Positions 10,658 to 19,908 of a DNA stretch of 64,000 nucleotides are shown here, piece after piece. A model generated the notes under the pieces. The model was not told the origin of the DNA, did not search any database, and was given only the letters and a program-made list of their open reading frames with translations. The position numbers and the translations under genes were made by a program. The number at the start of each line of letters is the position of its first letter. Positions within the stretch are counted from its first letter, which is position 1. The stretch spans positions 164,189-228,188 of the forward strand of contig CAWADF010000008.1 in the NCBI GenBank assembly GCA_963780855.1. The letters run 5' to 3'. Origin of the DNA: an uncultured Acidobacteriota bacterium. GTDB lineage: Bacteria; Acidobacteriota; Vicinamibacteria; Vicinamibacterales; SCN-69-37.

Positions 10658-11911
10658 ATGCCCGGGACACGCGCGCGTTACATCGGCATCCTGGCGCTGG
10701 CGGCCGGTGCGATTCTGCTCGTCGGGTCGCTGGCGCGTCCGGTGCGCCAGGCATCCGACGCAGCCGCCACGACCGAGGCGGAGATCGGGCGGCTCACGCA
10801 GCTTGCCCAACGACGCGCCGTGGACGACTTCGGCGCGTACTTTGCGGCCGCGGCCGATCTCGCGGCGCCGTCCATCGTGCGTGTCGAGGCCAGCGGCGCG
10901 TCCGGCGTGATCTGGCGCCCCGGGCTCGTCATCACCGCGCGCCTCGCGATGCCCCGACTGCCCGACGTCGTGGGCGTGACCGCCGGCAGCGGCCGTCACG
11001 ACGCGAGCGTGTTTGCACGCGGCCCCGCGCTTCCGCTCGTCGCGCTCGATGTTCCCGACGCGGCCGACGCGCCGGCCACCCGGCGATCGCCCGCCACGCT
11101 TGGAGCCGATGCGTGGGTGATTGCCGTGTGGCGCACGTCCGCCGGCCGGACGTTCGCGTCCGGCCAGTTCGTCGCCGTGACCGCGGCGGCGCCCGACGCG
11201 CGATCGCGAGTCGTGACCTCGATCCCGCTCACGCCGGCGATGGCCGGCGGCGGCCTCTTCGATCTGGACGGCCGGCTGATCGCGGTGATCGCGCATGACG
11301 ACGGCGCGATGGTCGCCTATTCTCCACAGAGCGTCGATGCGATCCTTGCCGACGGCACGACCGTCGAGGCGCGCATCGTCGATCGCTACGGCCTGGGCCT
11401 CGCCGATCTCACGCCCGAGCTGTCGTCGCTCCTGCAGATCGATCACGGCGTCCTGGTGCGCGAGGTGTGGGACTCGTCGCTCGGCGATCGGGTCGGGATG
11501 CGTCCGGGCGACGTGATCACGGCGCTCGGTGACGCGCCGGTCAACGCGCCCAGCGATCTGGCGGCGCTTGGCGCGCCGCAGCGGCCGGAGCCGCCGACCT
11601 TCACGATCCAGTGGCGCCGGGCGAAGCGCACGGTCACGCTCGCCGCGGACGCCGCCGCTGCGGCCGCTCCGGTGCCTGCAAACGAGTCCAGCGGGCTCGT
11701 CTGGGCTTCGGGTGCCGAGGGACAGCGGATCGAGGCGGTCGCGCCAGACAGCCGTGCCGCGCGCGCCGGCCTCGAAGCGGGCGACGTCGTGCTGGCCGTC
11801 AATCGGTCTGCGCCGGGGGCGCAGATTGCCCGTGCGCTGGCGTCGGCGGACGCGGCGCCGGTGTTTCTCGAAGTGCGGCGAGGCGCGTGCCGCCGGGGAA
11901 TCATCTTCTAG
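10658..11911 (+). CDS. Membrane-anchored HtrA-like protein with two PDZ domains; catalytic His and Ser not visible (probable pseudoprotease)
   Basis: In-frame ATG 10658 within track ORF 10262..11911(+), giving MPGTRARYIGILALAAGAILLVGSLA (TM anchor). The trypsin-like core is recognisable. The His box reads VITARLA (usual TNxHV) and the Ser box reads AMAGGGLFDLDGRLIAVI (usual GNSGGPL). Two PDZ-like blocks follow (..GVLVREVWDSSLGDRVGMRPGDVITALGD.. and ..IEAVAPDSRAARAGLEAGDVVLAVN..). Confidence 0.7.
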   Translation: MPGTRARYIGILALAAGAILLVGSLARPVRQASDAAATTEAEIGRLTQLAQRRAVDDFGAYFAAAADLAAPSIVRVEASGASGVIWRPGLVITARLAMPRLPDVVGVTAGSGRHDASVFARGPALPLVALDVPDAADAPATRRSPATLGADAWVIAVWRTSAGRTFASGQFVAVTAAAPDARSRVVTSIPLTPAMAGGGLFDLDGRLIAVIAHDDGAMVAYSPQSVDAILADGTTVEARIVDRYGLGLADLTPELSSLLQIDHGVLVREVWDSSLGDRVGMRPGDVITALGDAPVNAPSDLAALGAPQRPEPPTFTIQWRRAKRTVTLAADAAAAAAPVPANESSGLVWASGAEGQRIEAVAPDSRAARAGLEAGDVVLAVNRSAPGAQIARALASADAAPVFLEVRRGACRRGIIF

Positions 11912-11941
11912 CGTCGCGTGCGGCGCGCTCGGAGGGCGACG

Positions 11942-13177
11942 ATGGATCATCTCACCTCGCTCGGATTGATCCTGCTGCTGGCGCTGCTCGCGGGCCACCT
12001 CGCGCGCGCGCTGCGCATTCCCGAGGTCACCGGATACCTGCTCGCCGGCGTCGCGCTCGGCCCGTCGCTCCTCGGCTGGCTCAGCCGGGACAATCTGACG
12101 GCGATGAGCGTGCTCGCGGAGATCGCGCTCGGCCTCATTCTGTTTTCCATCGGCGCGGTGTTGGAGCTGTCGCTCTTTCGCCGCATCGGCCGGCAGGTGT
12201 TGATCGTCACGCTGGCTGAGTCTGGGCTCGCGCTCACGATCGTCACGATCGGCGCGTTGCTGCTCGGCCAGCGCTGGGAAGTGGCGCTGCTGCTCGGCAC
12301 CGTCGCGATTGCCACGGCGCCGGCATCGACGCTGATGGTGGTGCGGGAGTGCGACAGCGCTGGTCCGCTCACCGACCACCTGCTCGGCGTCATCGCCGCG
12401 AACAATCTGATCTGCATCTCGGCGTACAGCCTCGTCGGCGCCGGAATCGACCTGGTGGCGTCGGCGGGGCAGACCGGCCTCGGGCACTCGCTGGCGGTGT
12501 CCGTTTTCAGCCTGCTCTGGCAGCTCATCGGATCGGCGGCGCTGGGATTTCTCATCGGCCTGCTGCTCGCCGGCTGGTCCACGCAGATGATGGAGAGCGG
12601 CGAGACGCTCATCCTGCTGGCCGGGTCGATCCTGTTGTGCGTGGGCATCGGTCGCGCGCTCGATCTTTCTCCGCTCGTCGCGAGTCTTGCCGTGGGCGCC
12701 ACGGTCACGAACCTGACCGAGCGCAGCCGTCATCTCTTCAGCACGCTGGCGGGAACGGACCCGCCGTTCTACGCGATCTTTTTCGTCATCGCCGGCGCCG
12801 AGCTCGACGTCTCGCTGATCCCGGCAATGGGCGGACTCGGCCTGCTGTACCTCGTCGGCCGCGCCGGCGGAAAGTTCGTGGGCGCGCGCGTGGCATCGAG
12901 GCGGCTGCAGCTGCCCGCCCCGGTCGCGCGCTTCCTTGGACTCGCCTTGCTGGCGCAGGCCGGCCTGGCGATCGGCCTGACCTTGTCGATCAACACTCGC
13001 TTCCCCGACCACGCCGCCGTCGTCACGACGGTGATCCTGGCGGCGGTGGCCGTGTCTGAAATCATCGGACCGATCGGCACGCGCTTCGCGCTCATCCGTT
13101 CGGGCGAAGCCGGTCTGGCGCGGCCGTCATCCAGTTCGATCCTCCTCGACGCTCCGGCCGCTGACGGCCCGCGATGA
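11942..13177 (+). CDS. Cation:proton antiporter (CPA2 / Kef-type Na+/H+ exchanger family)
   Basis: Track ORF 11918..13177(+). Start is 11918 or ATG 11942 (MDHLTSLGLILLLALLAGHLARALRIPEVTGYLLAGVALGPSLLGWL). The protein is polytopic throughout (about 12 TM). Confidence 0.85.
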   Translation: MDHLTSLGLILLLALLAGHLARALRIPEVTGYLLAGVALGPSLLGWLSRDNLTAMSVLAEIALGLILFSIGAVLELSLFRRIGRQVLIVTLAESGLALTIVTIGALLLGQRWEVALLLGTVAIATAPASTLMVVRECDSAGPLTDHLLGVIAANNLICISAYSLVGAGIDLVASAGQTGLGHSLAVSVFSLLWQLIGSAALGFLIGLLLAGWSTQMMESGETLILLAGSILLCVGIGRALDLSPLVASLAVGATVTNLTERSRHLFSTLAGTDPPFYAIFFVIAGAELDVSLIPAMGGLGLLYLVGRAGGKFVGARVASRRLQLPAPVARFLGLALLAQAGLAIGLTLSINTRFPDHAAVVTTVILAAVAVSEIIGPIGTRFALIRSGEAGLARPSSSSILLDAPAADGPR

Positions 13178-13191
13178 CGCCACGCGCGCGC

Positions 13192-15435
13192 TCACGCCCA
13201 GGCGCTCGCCAGTTCGAGCGCGCAGACACCGGCGGCCGAGGCGGCGATCGTCGCGCCGGTCACCAGCCAGTGAAGGATGCGCCGGACGGCACGGTAGCCG
13301 CTGACGCAGTAGCGCGCGCCGCCGAGGACTTCGCCGACGGCCACGGTCAGGCTGGGCGGCGGCAGCGCGCGGAACAGATCGTCGTCGGTCTGGTCGTCGC
13401 CGAAGGCGACGGTCGTCCAGTGTCCGTGCGCCGACTGCTGGCGGTTGGCGACGACCGCTTTGCTGACGCCGAGCCAGCGAATCTCGATGACCTTCTTGCC
13501 CTCGAGGACCTCGAGCGGCTGGTTGATGAGCGCGTTGCCGAGGAGCATGCGCAGCTCGTGCGCCTGGTACGCGCCGAACTCCTGCTGGGCGCCGCGGAAA
13601 TGCCACGCGATCGTCGCGCGCTTGCGCTCGAGCCGCGAACCCGGCGTGCTCGCCGTGAACTGCTCGAGGATGGGCAGCAGGCGGTCGGCCCACTGCGGCT
13701 GAATCACCGCGGCCGGCCGCCATTCCGCGCCGGGCGTGACGCGATGCCAGAAACCGTGTTCGGCCCACAGGCCGATGGGCAGATCGCCGAAGCACGCTTC
13801 GAGCCAGTCGCGCGAGCGGCCGCTCACGACTTCGACGTCCAGATCGGGACGGGCGGCGAGCGCGCGCATCAGCGACATGAGCTCGGGATCCGGCGTGGCT
13901 TCTTCCGGGGTCGGGGCCAGCGGCACGAGCGTGCCGTCGTAGTCGAGCAGCAGACGCAGGCCGCCGCCGGCACGCGCCTCGGCGATGGCGGCGGTGAGCG
14001 CGGCTTCCGCGTGCTCGACGGGCTTCGGCGGGCCGGGCTGCACCTTGGTGAGCGAGCCGACGAACGCCGTGCCCCACGCGCGCGCGTCATGCTTGAACAC
14101 GCGGCTGCGCAGCGATCGCATGCGTTCACGCTGATCGGCGACGGGCATCGCCAGCGCGCGGTCGATCGCGTCGGCGACCTCGTCCACGTCGTACGGATTG
14201 ACCACCATCGCGCCGAACAGCTCGGACGCGGCGCCGGCGAACTCGCTGAGGATCAGCACGCCGTCGTCGTTGGTCCGCGAGGCGACGAACTCCTTCGCGA
14301 CGAGATTCATGCCGTCGCGAAGCGGCGTCACGAGCATGACGTCGGCCGCCAGGTAGAGCGCGGCCAACTGGCGCGCCGACACGGACCGGTGCAGGTAGTG
14401 GACGGGCATGGAGCCGAGCGAGCTGTTGGCGCCGTTGATGTGGCCGACCATCTCCTCGACCTGACGCCGGAAGCGCTGGTACGAGTCGACTTCCTGGCGC
14501 GACGGCACGGCGACCTGGATGTACTGGACGTCGTCCTGGCGGGCCCGGTGGCGCTGGAACAGCCGTTCGATGGCCTGGAGGCGGCGGGGGATGCCCTTGG
14601 TGTAGTCGAGCCGATCGACGCCGAGCACGATGCGCCGCCCGCCGGCGTTGCGCCGGATTGTCGCGGCTTCCTCGATCACGGCCGGGTCCGCGGTCAATTC
14701 TGCGAACCGCTGGGCGTCGATGCCCATCGGGAACGCGCCGACCCGCACTTCCCGGTCGCCGCTCCGTACCCGGTCCACTTCGGCTTCGACGCCGAGCACG
14801 TGCAGCAGCGACGCGAGAAAATGCCGCATGTAGGCGAAGGTGTGGAAGCCCACGAGATCGGCGCCGAGCAGGCCGTTCAGGATCTGCTGGCGCCACGGCA
14901 GGATGCGGAACACTTCCGACGAGGGGAAGGGCATGTGCAGAAAGAAGCCGATCCGGGCGTCGGGGAGCCGGCGGCGCAGCAGCATCGGCAGGAGCATGAG
15001 CTGGTAGTCGTGCACCCAGATCGCGTCGCCGTCACGGTACTCCCGCGCGACGACGTCGGCGAAGGCTTCATTGACCTGGGTGTAGGCGTCCCAGCCGGCC
15101 GCGTCCACGGGAACGCGGTCGATCAGATAGTGGAAGAGCGGCCACAGCACGCGATTGGAGAACCCGTGGTAGTACCGCTCGACGTGATCGCGCGACAGGT
15201 AGACGGGCACGATCGCGCGCTCGCGCAGGTCGTGATCGAGGCGGGCGCGTTCGGGCGCGGCGAGACGGGAGACCTCGCCGGGCCAGCCGATCCACACGCC
15301 GCGCGACTGCTCGTGCCAGGGCTGGAGGCCGGTGGCCAGGCCGCCGGCGGCCGGCACGATGCGCCATGCGTTGTCACGCACTCTCGCCGCCACCGGCAGA
15401 CGGTTCGACACGATCAGCAGCCGGCCGTCAGCCAT
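13192..15435 (-). CDS. Bifunctional trehalose-6-phosphate synthase (GT20) / trehalose-6-phosphate phosphatase fusion
   Basis: Track ORF 13192..15435(-), 747 aa. N-terminus [17 protein letters not shown]20 hallmark [24 protein letters not shown]. The C-terminal HAD phosphatase has [13 protein letters not shown] (DxDGT motif I). Confidence 0.9.
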   Translation of the reverse strand: MADGRLLIVSNRLPVAARVRDNAWRIVPAAGGLATGLQPWHEQSRGVWIGWPGEVSRLAAPERARLDHDLRERAIVPVYLSRDHVERYYHGFSNRVLWPLFHYLIDRVPVDAAGWDAYTQVNEAFADVVAREYRDGDAIWVHDYQLMLLPMLLRRRLPDARIGFFLHMPFPSSEVFRILPWRQQILNGLLGADLVGFHTFAYMRHFLASLLHVLGVEAEVDRVRSGDREVRVGAFPMGIDAQRFAELTADPAVIEEAATIRRNAGGRRIVLGVDRLDYTKGIPRRLQAIERLFQRHRARQDDVQYIQVAVPSRQEVDSYQRFRRQVEEMVGHINGANSSLGSMPVHYLHRSVSARQLAALYLAADVMLVTPLRDGMNLVAKEFVASRTNDDGVLILSEFAGAASELFGAMVVNPYDVDEVADAIDRALAMPVADQRERMRSLRSRVFKHDARAWGTAFVGSLTKVQPGPPKPVEHAEAALTAAIAEARAGGGLRLLLDYDGTLVPLAPTPEEATPDPELMSLMRALAARPDLDVEVVSGRSRDWLEACFGDLPIGLWAEHGFWHRVTPGAEWRPAAVIQPQWADRLLPILEQFTASTPGSRLERKRATIAWHFRGAQQEFGAYQAHELRMLLGNALINQPLEVLEGKKVIEIRWLGVSKAVVANRQQSAHGHWTTVAFGDDQTDDDLFRALPPPSLTVAVGEVLGGARYCVSGYRAVRRILHWLVTGATIAASAAGVCALELASAWA

Positions 15436-15473
15436 TCGCCCATGCTATCATTTATTAGTTGGAGTTCAAAATA

Positions 15474-15980
15474 ATGACGACCGTCGATCCAGATCCGCGT
15501 GCACCCCACGAACTCCCCGATGTCCTGGAGTTCATGCAGGTCCTCTGGGCCGTCGTGCACGGCCTCGACACCACGTCGAAGCGCATGGCGCAGCAGATTG
15601 GCGTCACTGGTCCGCAGCGGCTGGTGCTCCGCGTGACCGGGTTGTTTCCCGGCGTGTCGGCGGGCGATCTCGCGGAGACGCTGCGCGTGCATCCGAGTAC
15701 GATCACGGGCGTGCTGCAGCGGCTCGTCGCCGACGGCCTCGTCGTGCGCGTCCACGATCGGCGCGATCGGCGCCGCGCGGTGCTGCGCCTGACCCGGAAG
15801 GGCGCGCGCGCGAATCGAGTCACCGACGGCACGGTCGAAGCCGCGGTGTCGCACGCGCTGTCCGGCGTGAGCGACGCGGATCGTCGCGCGACCCGGCGCG
15901 TGCTCGCGCGGCTGGCCCGCCATCTCGATCCGGAGCCGTCCGCCCGCCGCGCGGCCGCGCCGCGAAAGGCCGTGGGATGA
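15474..15980 (+). CDS. MarR-family transcriptional regulator
   Basis: Track ORF 15459..15980(+), whose listed start is TTG. ATG 15474 is preceded by GGAG at 15460-15463. Winged-helix core is GVTGPQRLVLRVTGLFPGVSAGDLAETLRVHPSTITGVLQRLVADGLVVRVHDRRDRRRAVLRLTRKG. The stop overlaps the MscS start (ATGA). Confidence 0.85.
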   Translation: MTTVDPDPRAPHELPDVLEFMQVLWAVVHGLDTTSKRMAQQIGVTGPQRLVLRVTGLFPGVSAGDLAETLRVHPSTITGVLQRLVADGLVVRVHDRRDRRRAVLRLTRKGARANRVTDGTVEAAVSHALSGVSDADRRATRRVLARLARHLDPEPSARRAAAPRKAVG

Positions 15981-17038
15981 ACGGCTGGTGGCCGCTGACG
16001 TCGTGGTCGCCCTGGGCGGCGCGCGCCCTGGCAACCGTCGCGACCATCGCGGCGGGCTGGACGATCGGCTGGATTGTCGCGGCCGCGACCGTGCCGCGCG
16101 CGCTCCGGCTGGTGCCGGATGGGTCGGCGCCCCACGTGCGCACGGCGCTCAAGACGCTGCGGCGGCGGCTGCCGCAGTGGGGGCTGCTCGTCTCGGTGTG
16201 GCTCGCGGCCGGCTTCTGGCCGCTCACGCCCGACGCGCACCGCCTCGTCGCGGAGGCGGTCTTCGCGCTGGGCGCGTTGTCGATCACCTTCGCCCTCGCA
16301 TCGGTCACGGGCGACGTCGTCGATCACTACGGCACCCGCCTGGCGCCGGCGCTGCCGGTGAGCAGCCTGACGCGCAACATCGGACGCGGCATCGTGCTAG
16401 GCCTCGGCGGCCTGGTCATCCTGAACGGCCTCGGCGTGTCGATCACGCCGATGCTCACCGCCCTCGGCATCGGCGGCCTCGCGGTCGCGCTCGCGCTCCA
16501 GGAGCCGCTCGGAAATTTCTTCGCGGGCCTCTTCCTGTCGATCGCCGGGCAGATCCGCGTCGGCGACTATGTCATTCTGGACTCCGGCCAGGAGGGCTAC
16601 ATCGTCGACGTCAGCTGGCGGTCGACGCGGATCCGCATGCTCGCCAATAATCTGATCGTGGTGCCGAACTCGAAGCTGTCCCAGTCGGTGGTCGTGAACT
16701 ACCACCTGCCGACGCCCGACCTGGCGGTGCTCGTGGACGTTGGCGTCGACTACGCCAGCGACCTCGGCCGCGTGGAGCAGGTCACGATCGAAGTCGGGCG
16801 AAGCGTCATGCGCGAGGTGCCCGGCGGCATCGCGGAGTTCGAGCCGTTCATTCGGTACCACACGTTCGCGGATTCGAGCATCAACTTCACAACGATTCTG
16901 CGCGCGCGCGAGTACGTGGACCAGTACCTCGTCAAGCACGAATTCATCAAGCGCTTGCATCAGCGCTTCAATCAGGAGGGCATCGTCATTCCGTTCCCGA
17001 TCCGCACCGTGGTGGGTCGCGACGTGCAGACGACCTGA
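15977..17038 (+). CDS. Mechanosensitive ion channel (MscS family)
   Basis: In-frame ATG 15977 within track ORF 15332..17038(+), giving MNGWWPLTSWSPWAARALATVATIAAGW. MscS core is LGIGGLAVALALQEPLGNFFAGLFLSIAGQIRVGDYVILDSGQEGYIVDVSWRSTRIRMLANNLIVVPNSKL. Confidence 0.9.
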   Translation: MNGWWPLTSWSPWAARALATVATIAAGWTIGWIVAAATVPRALRLVPDGSAPHVRTALKTLRRRLPQWGLLVSVWLAAGFWPLTPDAHRLVAEAVFALGALSITFALASVTGDVVDHYGTRLAPALPVSSLTRNIGRGIVLGLGGLVILNGLGVSITPMLTALGIGGLAVALALQEPLGNFFAGLFLSIAGQIRVGDYVILDSGQEGYIVDVSWRSTRIRMLANNLIVVPNSKLSQSVVVNYHLPTPDLAVLVDVGVDYASDLGRVEQVTIEVGRSVMREVPGGIAEFEPFIRYHTFADSSINFTTILRAREYVDQYLVKHEFIKRLHQRFNQEGIVIPFPIRTVVGRDVQTT

Positions 17039-17051
17039 CCGGACCGCCCGT

Positions 17052-18200
17052 ATGTCAGACTCGAGCAGCGATCAGCGTAGCCTGGCGGACGCGCTGATCA
17101 ATCGCGAGATCGTCCGCCTGACGCTTCTGGTCCTCCTGGCCATCGTCGCCTTCTTTCTGACCCGTGAAGTGGCCGCGAGCAACCGGGCGATGAGCCTGCG
17201 CGACGCCGCGGACGCCTTCGACCGCGGCCAGCAGGCGATGAGCGCCGGCCAGATCGACGCCGCGACCAGCGCCTTCCGCCGGGCGGTGGTCAGAAACCGC
17301 GGCGACAAGCGCTACGTCCTGGCGCTCGCCCGCGCGCTCGTCCGGCGCGGCGACGTCGACGAGGCCCACAGCGCGCTCGTCTCGCTGCGCGAGTCGGCGC
17401 CGGAGGACCCGGACATCAACGTCGAGCTCGCGCGGCTCGCCGTCGCGCGCGGCGACATCACCGAGGCCACGCGCTTCTATCGCAGCGCGCTCTACGCGCC
17501 CTGGCCGGCCGACCAGGCCGAGGCGCGCCGGCAGGTGCGGCTCGAGTTGATCCGCATGCTGCTCGATCAGCGCCAGACGAATACCGCCATCGCCGAGCTG
17601 ATCGCCCTCAGCGCCAACCTGCCCGACGACGGGCCGCACTATCTGGAAGCGGGCGCGCTGTTTCAGCGCGCTGGCGATCAGACGCACGCGCTCAACGAAT
17701 ACCAGCAGGCGCTGCGGCTGGACCCGGAGAACGCCGACGCCCTCATCGGCGCCGGCCTGAGCGCGTTCGGCCTCGGGAACTACGCGTTGGCGGCACGCTA
17801 CCTCAGCCGCGCACCCGAGGGCGGCGCCGAGGTCGCGCACGCGCGCGCGGTCACCGGGCTCGTGCTCGCCACCGATCCGCTGGCCGCGCGACTCGGGCCG
17901 ACCGAGCGCGGGCGGCGCATGGAGACCGGGTTCACGCACGCCCGCGACCGGCTCAATGCCTGCGTGCCGTCCGAGCCGGCGCATCCGCCGGCGGCCGACG
18001 CGCAGGGCCTTCTGACCGAAGTCCGGGCGTTCGAGCGCCAAATGGCGCGCCCGGCCTCGCTCTCCCTGGATGAGATCGAGGCGGGCGTCGATCTCGTGCA
18101 GCGGGTCGAGCAGTACCTCGTCGCACATTGCGGTCCGGCGACGCCGCTCGACGAAGCGCTGATTCTCATCGGCCGCCAGCATGGAGCCGGCGCGCCGTGA
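17052..18200 (+). CDS. Membrane-anchored tetratricopeptide-repeat (TPR) protein
   Basis: In-frame ATG 17052 within track ORF 16740..18200(+), giving MSDSSSDQRSLADALINREIVRLTLLVLLAIVAFFL (single TM). Repeated A/L/Y-rich TPR-like units follow (..EATRFYRSALY.., ..ALNEYQQALRLDPENADALIGAGLSAFGLGNYALAARYL..). Confidence 0.7.
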   Translation: MSDSSSDQRSLADALINREIVRLTLLVLLAIVAFFLTREVAASNRAMSLRDAADAFDRGQQAMSAGQIDAATSAFRRAVVRNRGDKRYVLALARALVRRGDVDEAHSALVSLRESAPEDPDINVELARLAVARGDITEATRFYRSALYAPWPADQAEARRQVRLELIRMLLDQRQTNTAIAELIALSANLPDDGPHYLEAGALFQRAGDQTHALNEYQQALRLDPENADALIGAGLSAFGLGNYALAARYLSRAPEGGAEVAHARAVTGLVLATDPLAARLGPTERGRRMETGFTHARDRLNACVPSEPAHPPAADAQGLLTEVRAFERQMARPASLSLDEIEAGVDLVQRVEQYLVAHCGPATPLDEALILIGRQHGAGAP

Positions 18201-19889
18201 ACCGACCGTTCAGCGCGCAGTCGCTGCGACTGCGCGAAAATCAACTCTTTCTCGTGCTCACGATCGTCATCGGCGTCGTCGCCGGACTGGCGGCGGTGCT
18301 GTTCACCGTCGCGATCGAGCAGACCAGCCACCGGCTGTTCGGCCTGGCGCCGTCGCGCGGCCGCCTGCTGTTCGTGCCGCCGCTCGTGAGCATCGTCACG
18401 GGGATCCTGCTGGCGAAGGTGTTTCCCGACGTGCGCGGCAGCGGCGTGCCGCAGACCGAGGCGGCCTACCACCTGTCGGGCGGCGTGATTCGCCGCGCGC
18501 GTGCCGATCGGCAAGTTCCTCACCGGCGTGCTCTGCATCGGCTCGGGCCACTCGATGGGCCGCGAGGGCCCGTCGGTGCAGATTGGCGCGGGCCTCGCGT
18601 CGGTCATCGGACGCTGGCTGCGGCTGTCGCCCGAGCGCGTCCGGGATCTGGTGCCGGTCGGCGCGGCCGGCGCGCTGGCCGCGGCGTTCAACACGCCCGT
18701 GGCGGCGGTGCTGTTCGCGCTCGAGGAAATCATCGGCGACATGAACGCGGCGCTGCTCGGCTCGACGGTCGTCGCCGTCGGTCGCGGCGGTCATCGTCGA
18801 GCGCTCGATTCTCGGCAACGAGCCGCTGTTCCACGTGCCGACGTACCGGCTCGTGCACCCGGCCGAGCTCGCTCGCCTACGCGGTGCTGGGCATCGTCGG
18901 CGGCATCGTCTCGTTGGTCTTCTGCAAGGGGCTGCTGGCGCTGCGGGGCGTGTTCCGCCGCATGCCGGCGCGCACGCGCGTCGTTCCAGCCGGCGATCGG
19001 CGGCCTGGTCATCGGCGCGCTGCTGCTCGTACTCGCCCGCGGTCATGGGCGTCGGCTACGAGTACGTCGACCAGGCGCTCAACGGCGGGCTCGCTGCTGA
19101 AGACGATGGTGCTGCTGTGCTTCCTCAAGCTCGTGGCGACGATCGTGTCGTACGCGTCGGGCAACGCCGGCGGCATCTTCGCGCCGAGCCTGTACATCGG
19201 GGCGATGGCGGGCGGCGCGGTCGGGATGCTCGTGCACACGGTCGCGCCGTTTCCCACGGGCGAGCCCGGCGCGTACGCGCTGGTCGGCATGGGCACGCTG
19301 TTCGCCGGCATCATCCGCGCGCCGATGACGTCGGTGTTCATGATCTTCGAGATCACGCAGGACTATCAGATCCTCGTGCCGCTGATGGTCGCGAACATGC
19401 TGAGCTTCATGATCTCGCGCCGCTACCAGCCGACGCCCGTCTATCACGCGCTGCTGCAGTCAGGACGGCGTGCACCTGCCGTCGGTCACGACGAAGACCG
19501 CGGTGCCGATCCGGACGGCCGCCGACGTGATGCGCACCGACGTCGCGTTCATGGCGCCGGACCTGACGGTCGAGCAGGGCTGGCAGTGGGCGGCCGCGCA
19601 TCCGGCGCCCGCGTATCTGGTGGGCGCGCCGGAGCGCATTGCCGGCGCCATCTCGCGCAAACGGATCGAGGAATTGCGCGCGGGCCACGCCGATGAGCCG
19701 CTGGCCGCGCATCTGGACGAGGGTTTCGTCCACGCCCATCCCGATCACACGATCGACGTGGTTCTCGACCGGCTGTCGCAGGCCGGCGGGCTGCTGCCCG
19801 TCGTGAGCCGCAAGGACGCCAGGCGCGTCGAAGGCGCCATCACCCCGGAAACGCTGCTCCGCAATCGCGCTTCGCTGCGGGCGAAGTGA
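18197..19889 (+). pseudogene. ClC-family chloride channel/antiporter with C-terminal CBS pair; seven frame breaks
   Basis: GTG 18197 overlaps the TPR stop (GTGA). The protein is reconstructed by alternating track ORFs 18128..19696, 18501..19100, 18835..19530 and 19470..19889. Motifs are GSGHSMGREGPSVQIGA, GNAGGIFAPSLYIGA and IIRAPMTSVFMIFEITQDY, followed by CBS-like VMRTDVAFMAP...LLPVVSRKDARRVEGAIT. The frame phase advances +1 at every break (2,0,1,2,0,1,2,0). Confidence 0.85.
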
Positions 19890-19908
19890 CGCGGGCGCTC
19901 GGAGGCGC

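Noticed and set aside
10583-13012. Very long track ORFs on the opposite strand or in alternate frames of real genes. Examples: 10583..13012(-) 809 aa, 13174..15474(+) 766 aa, 44699..47371(+) 890 aa, 55256..58489(+) 1077 aa, 56043..58340(-) 765 aa, 1463..2704(+), 39823..41211(-).
   Set aside because: Their translations are monotonous Arg/Ala/Gly/Pro/Asp strings without recognisable motifs. Each lies antisense to or out of frame with a gene that has clear family signatures. Such shadow ORFs are expected in very GC-rich DNA, where stop codons are rare.
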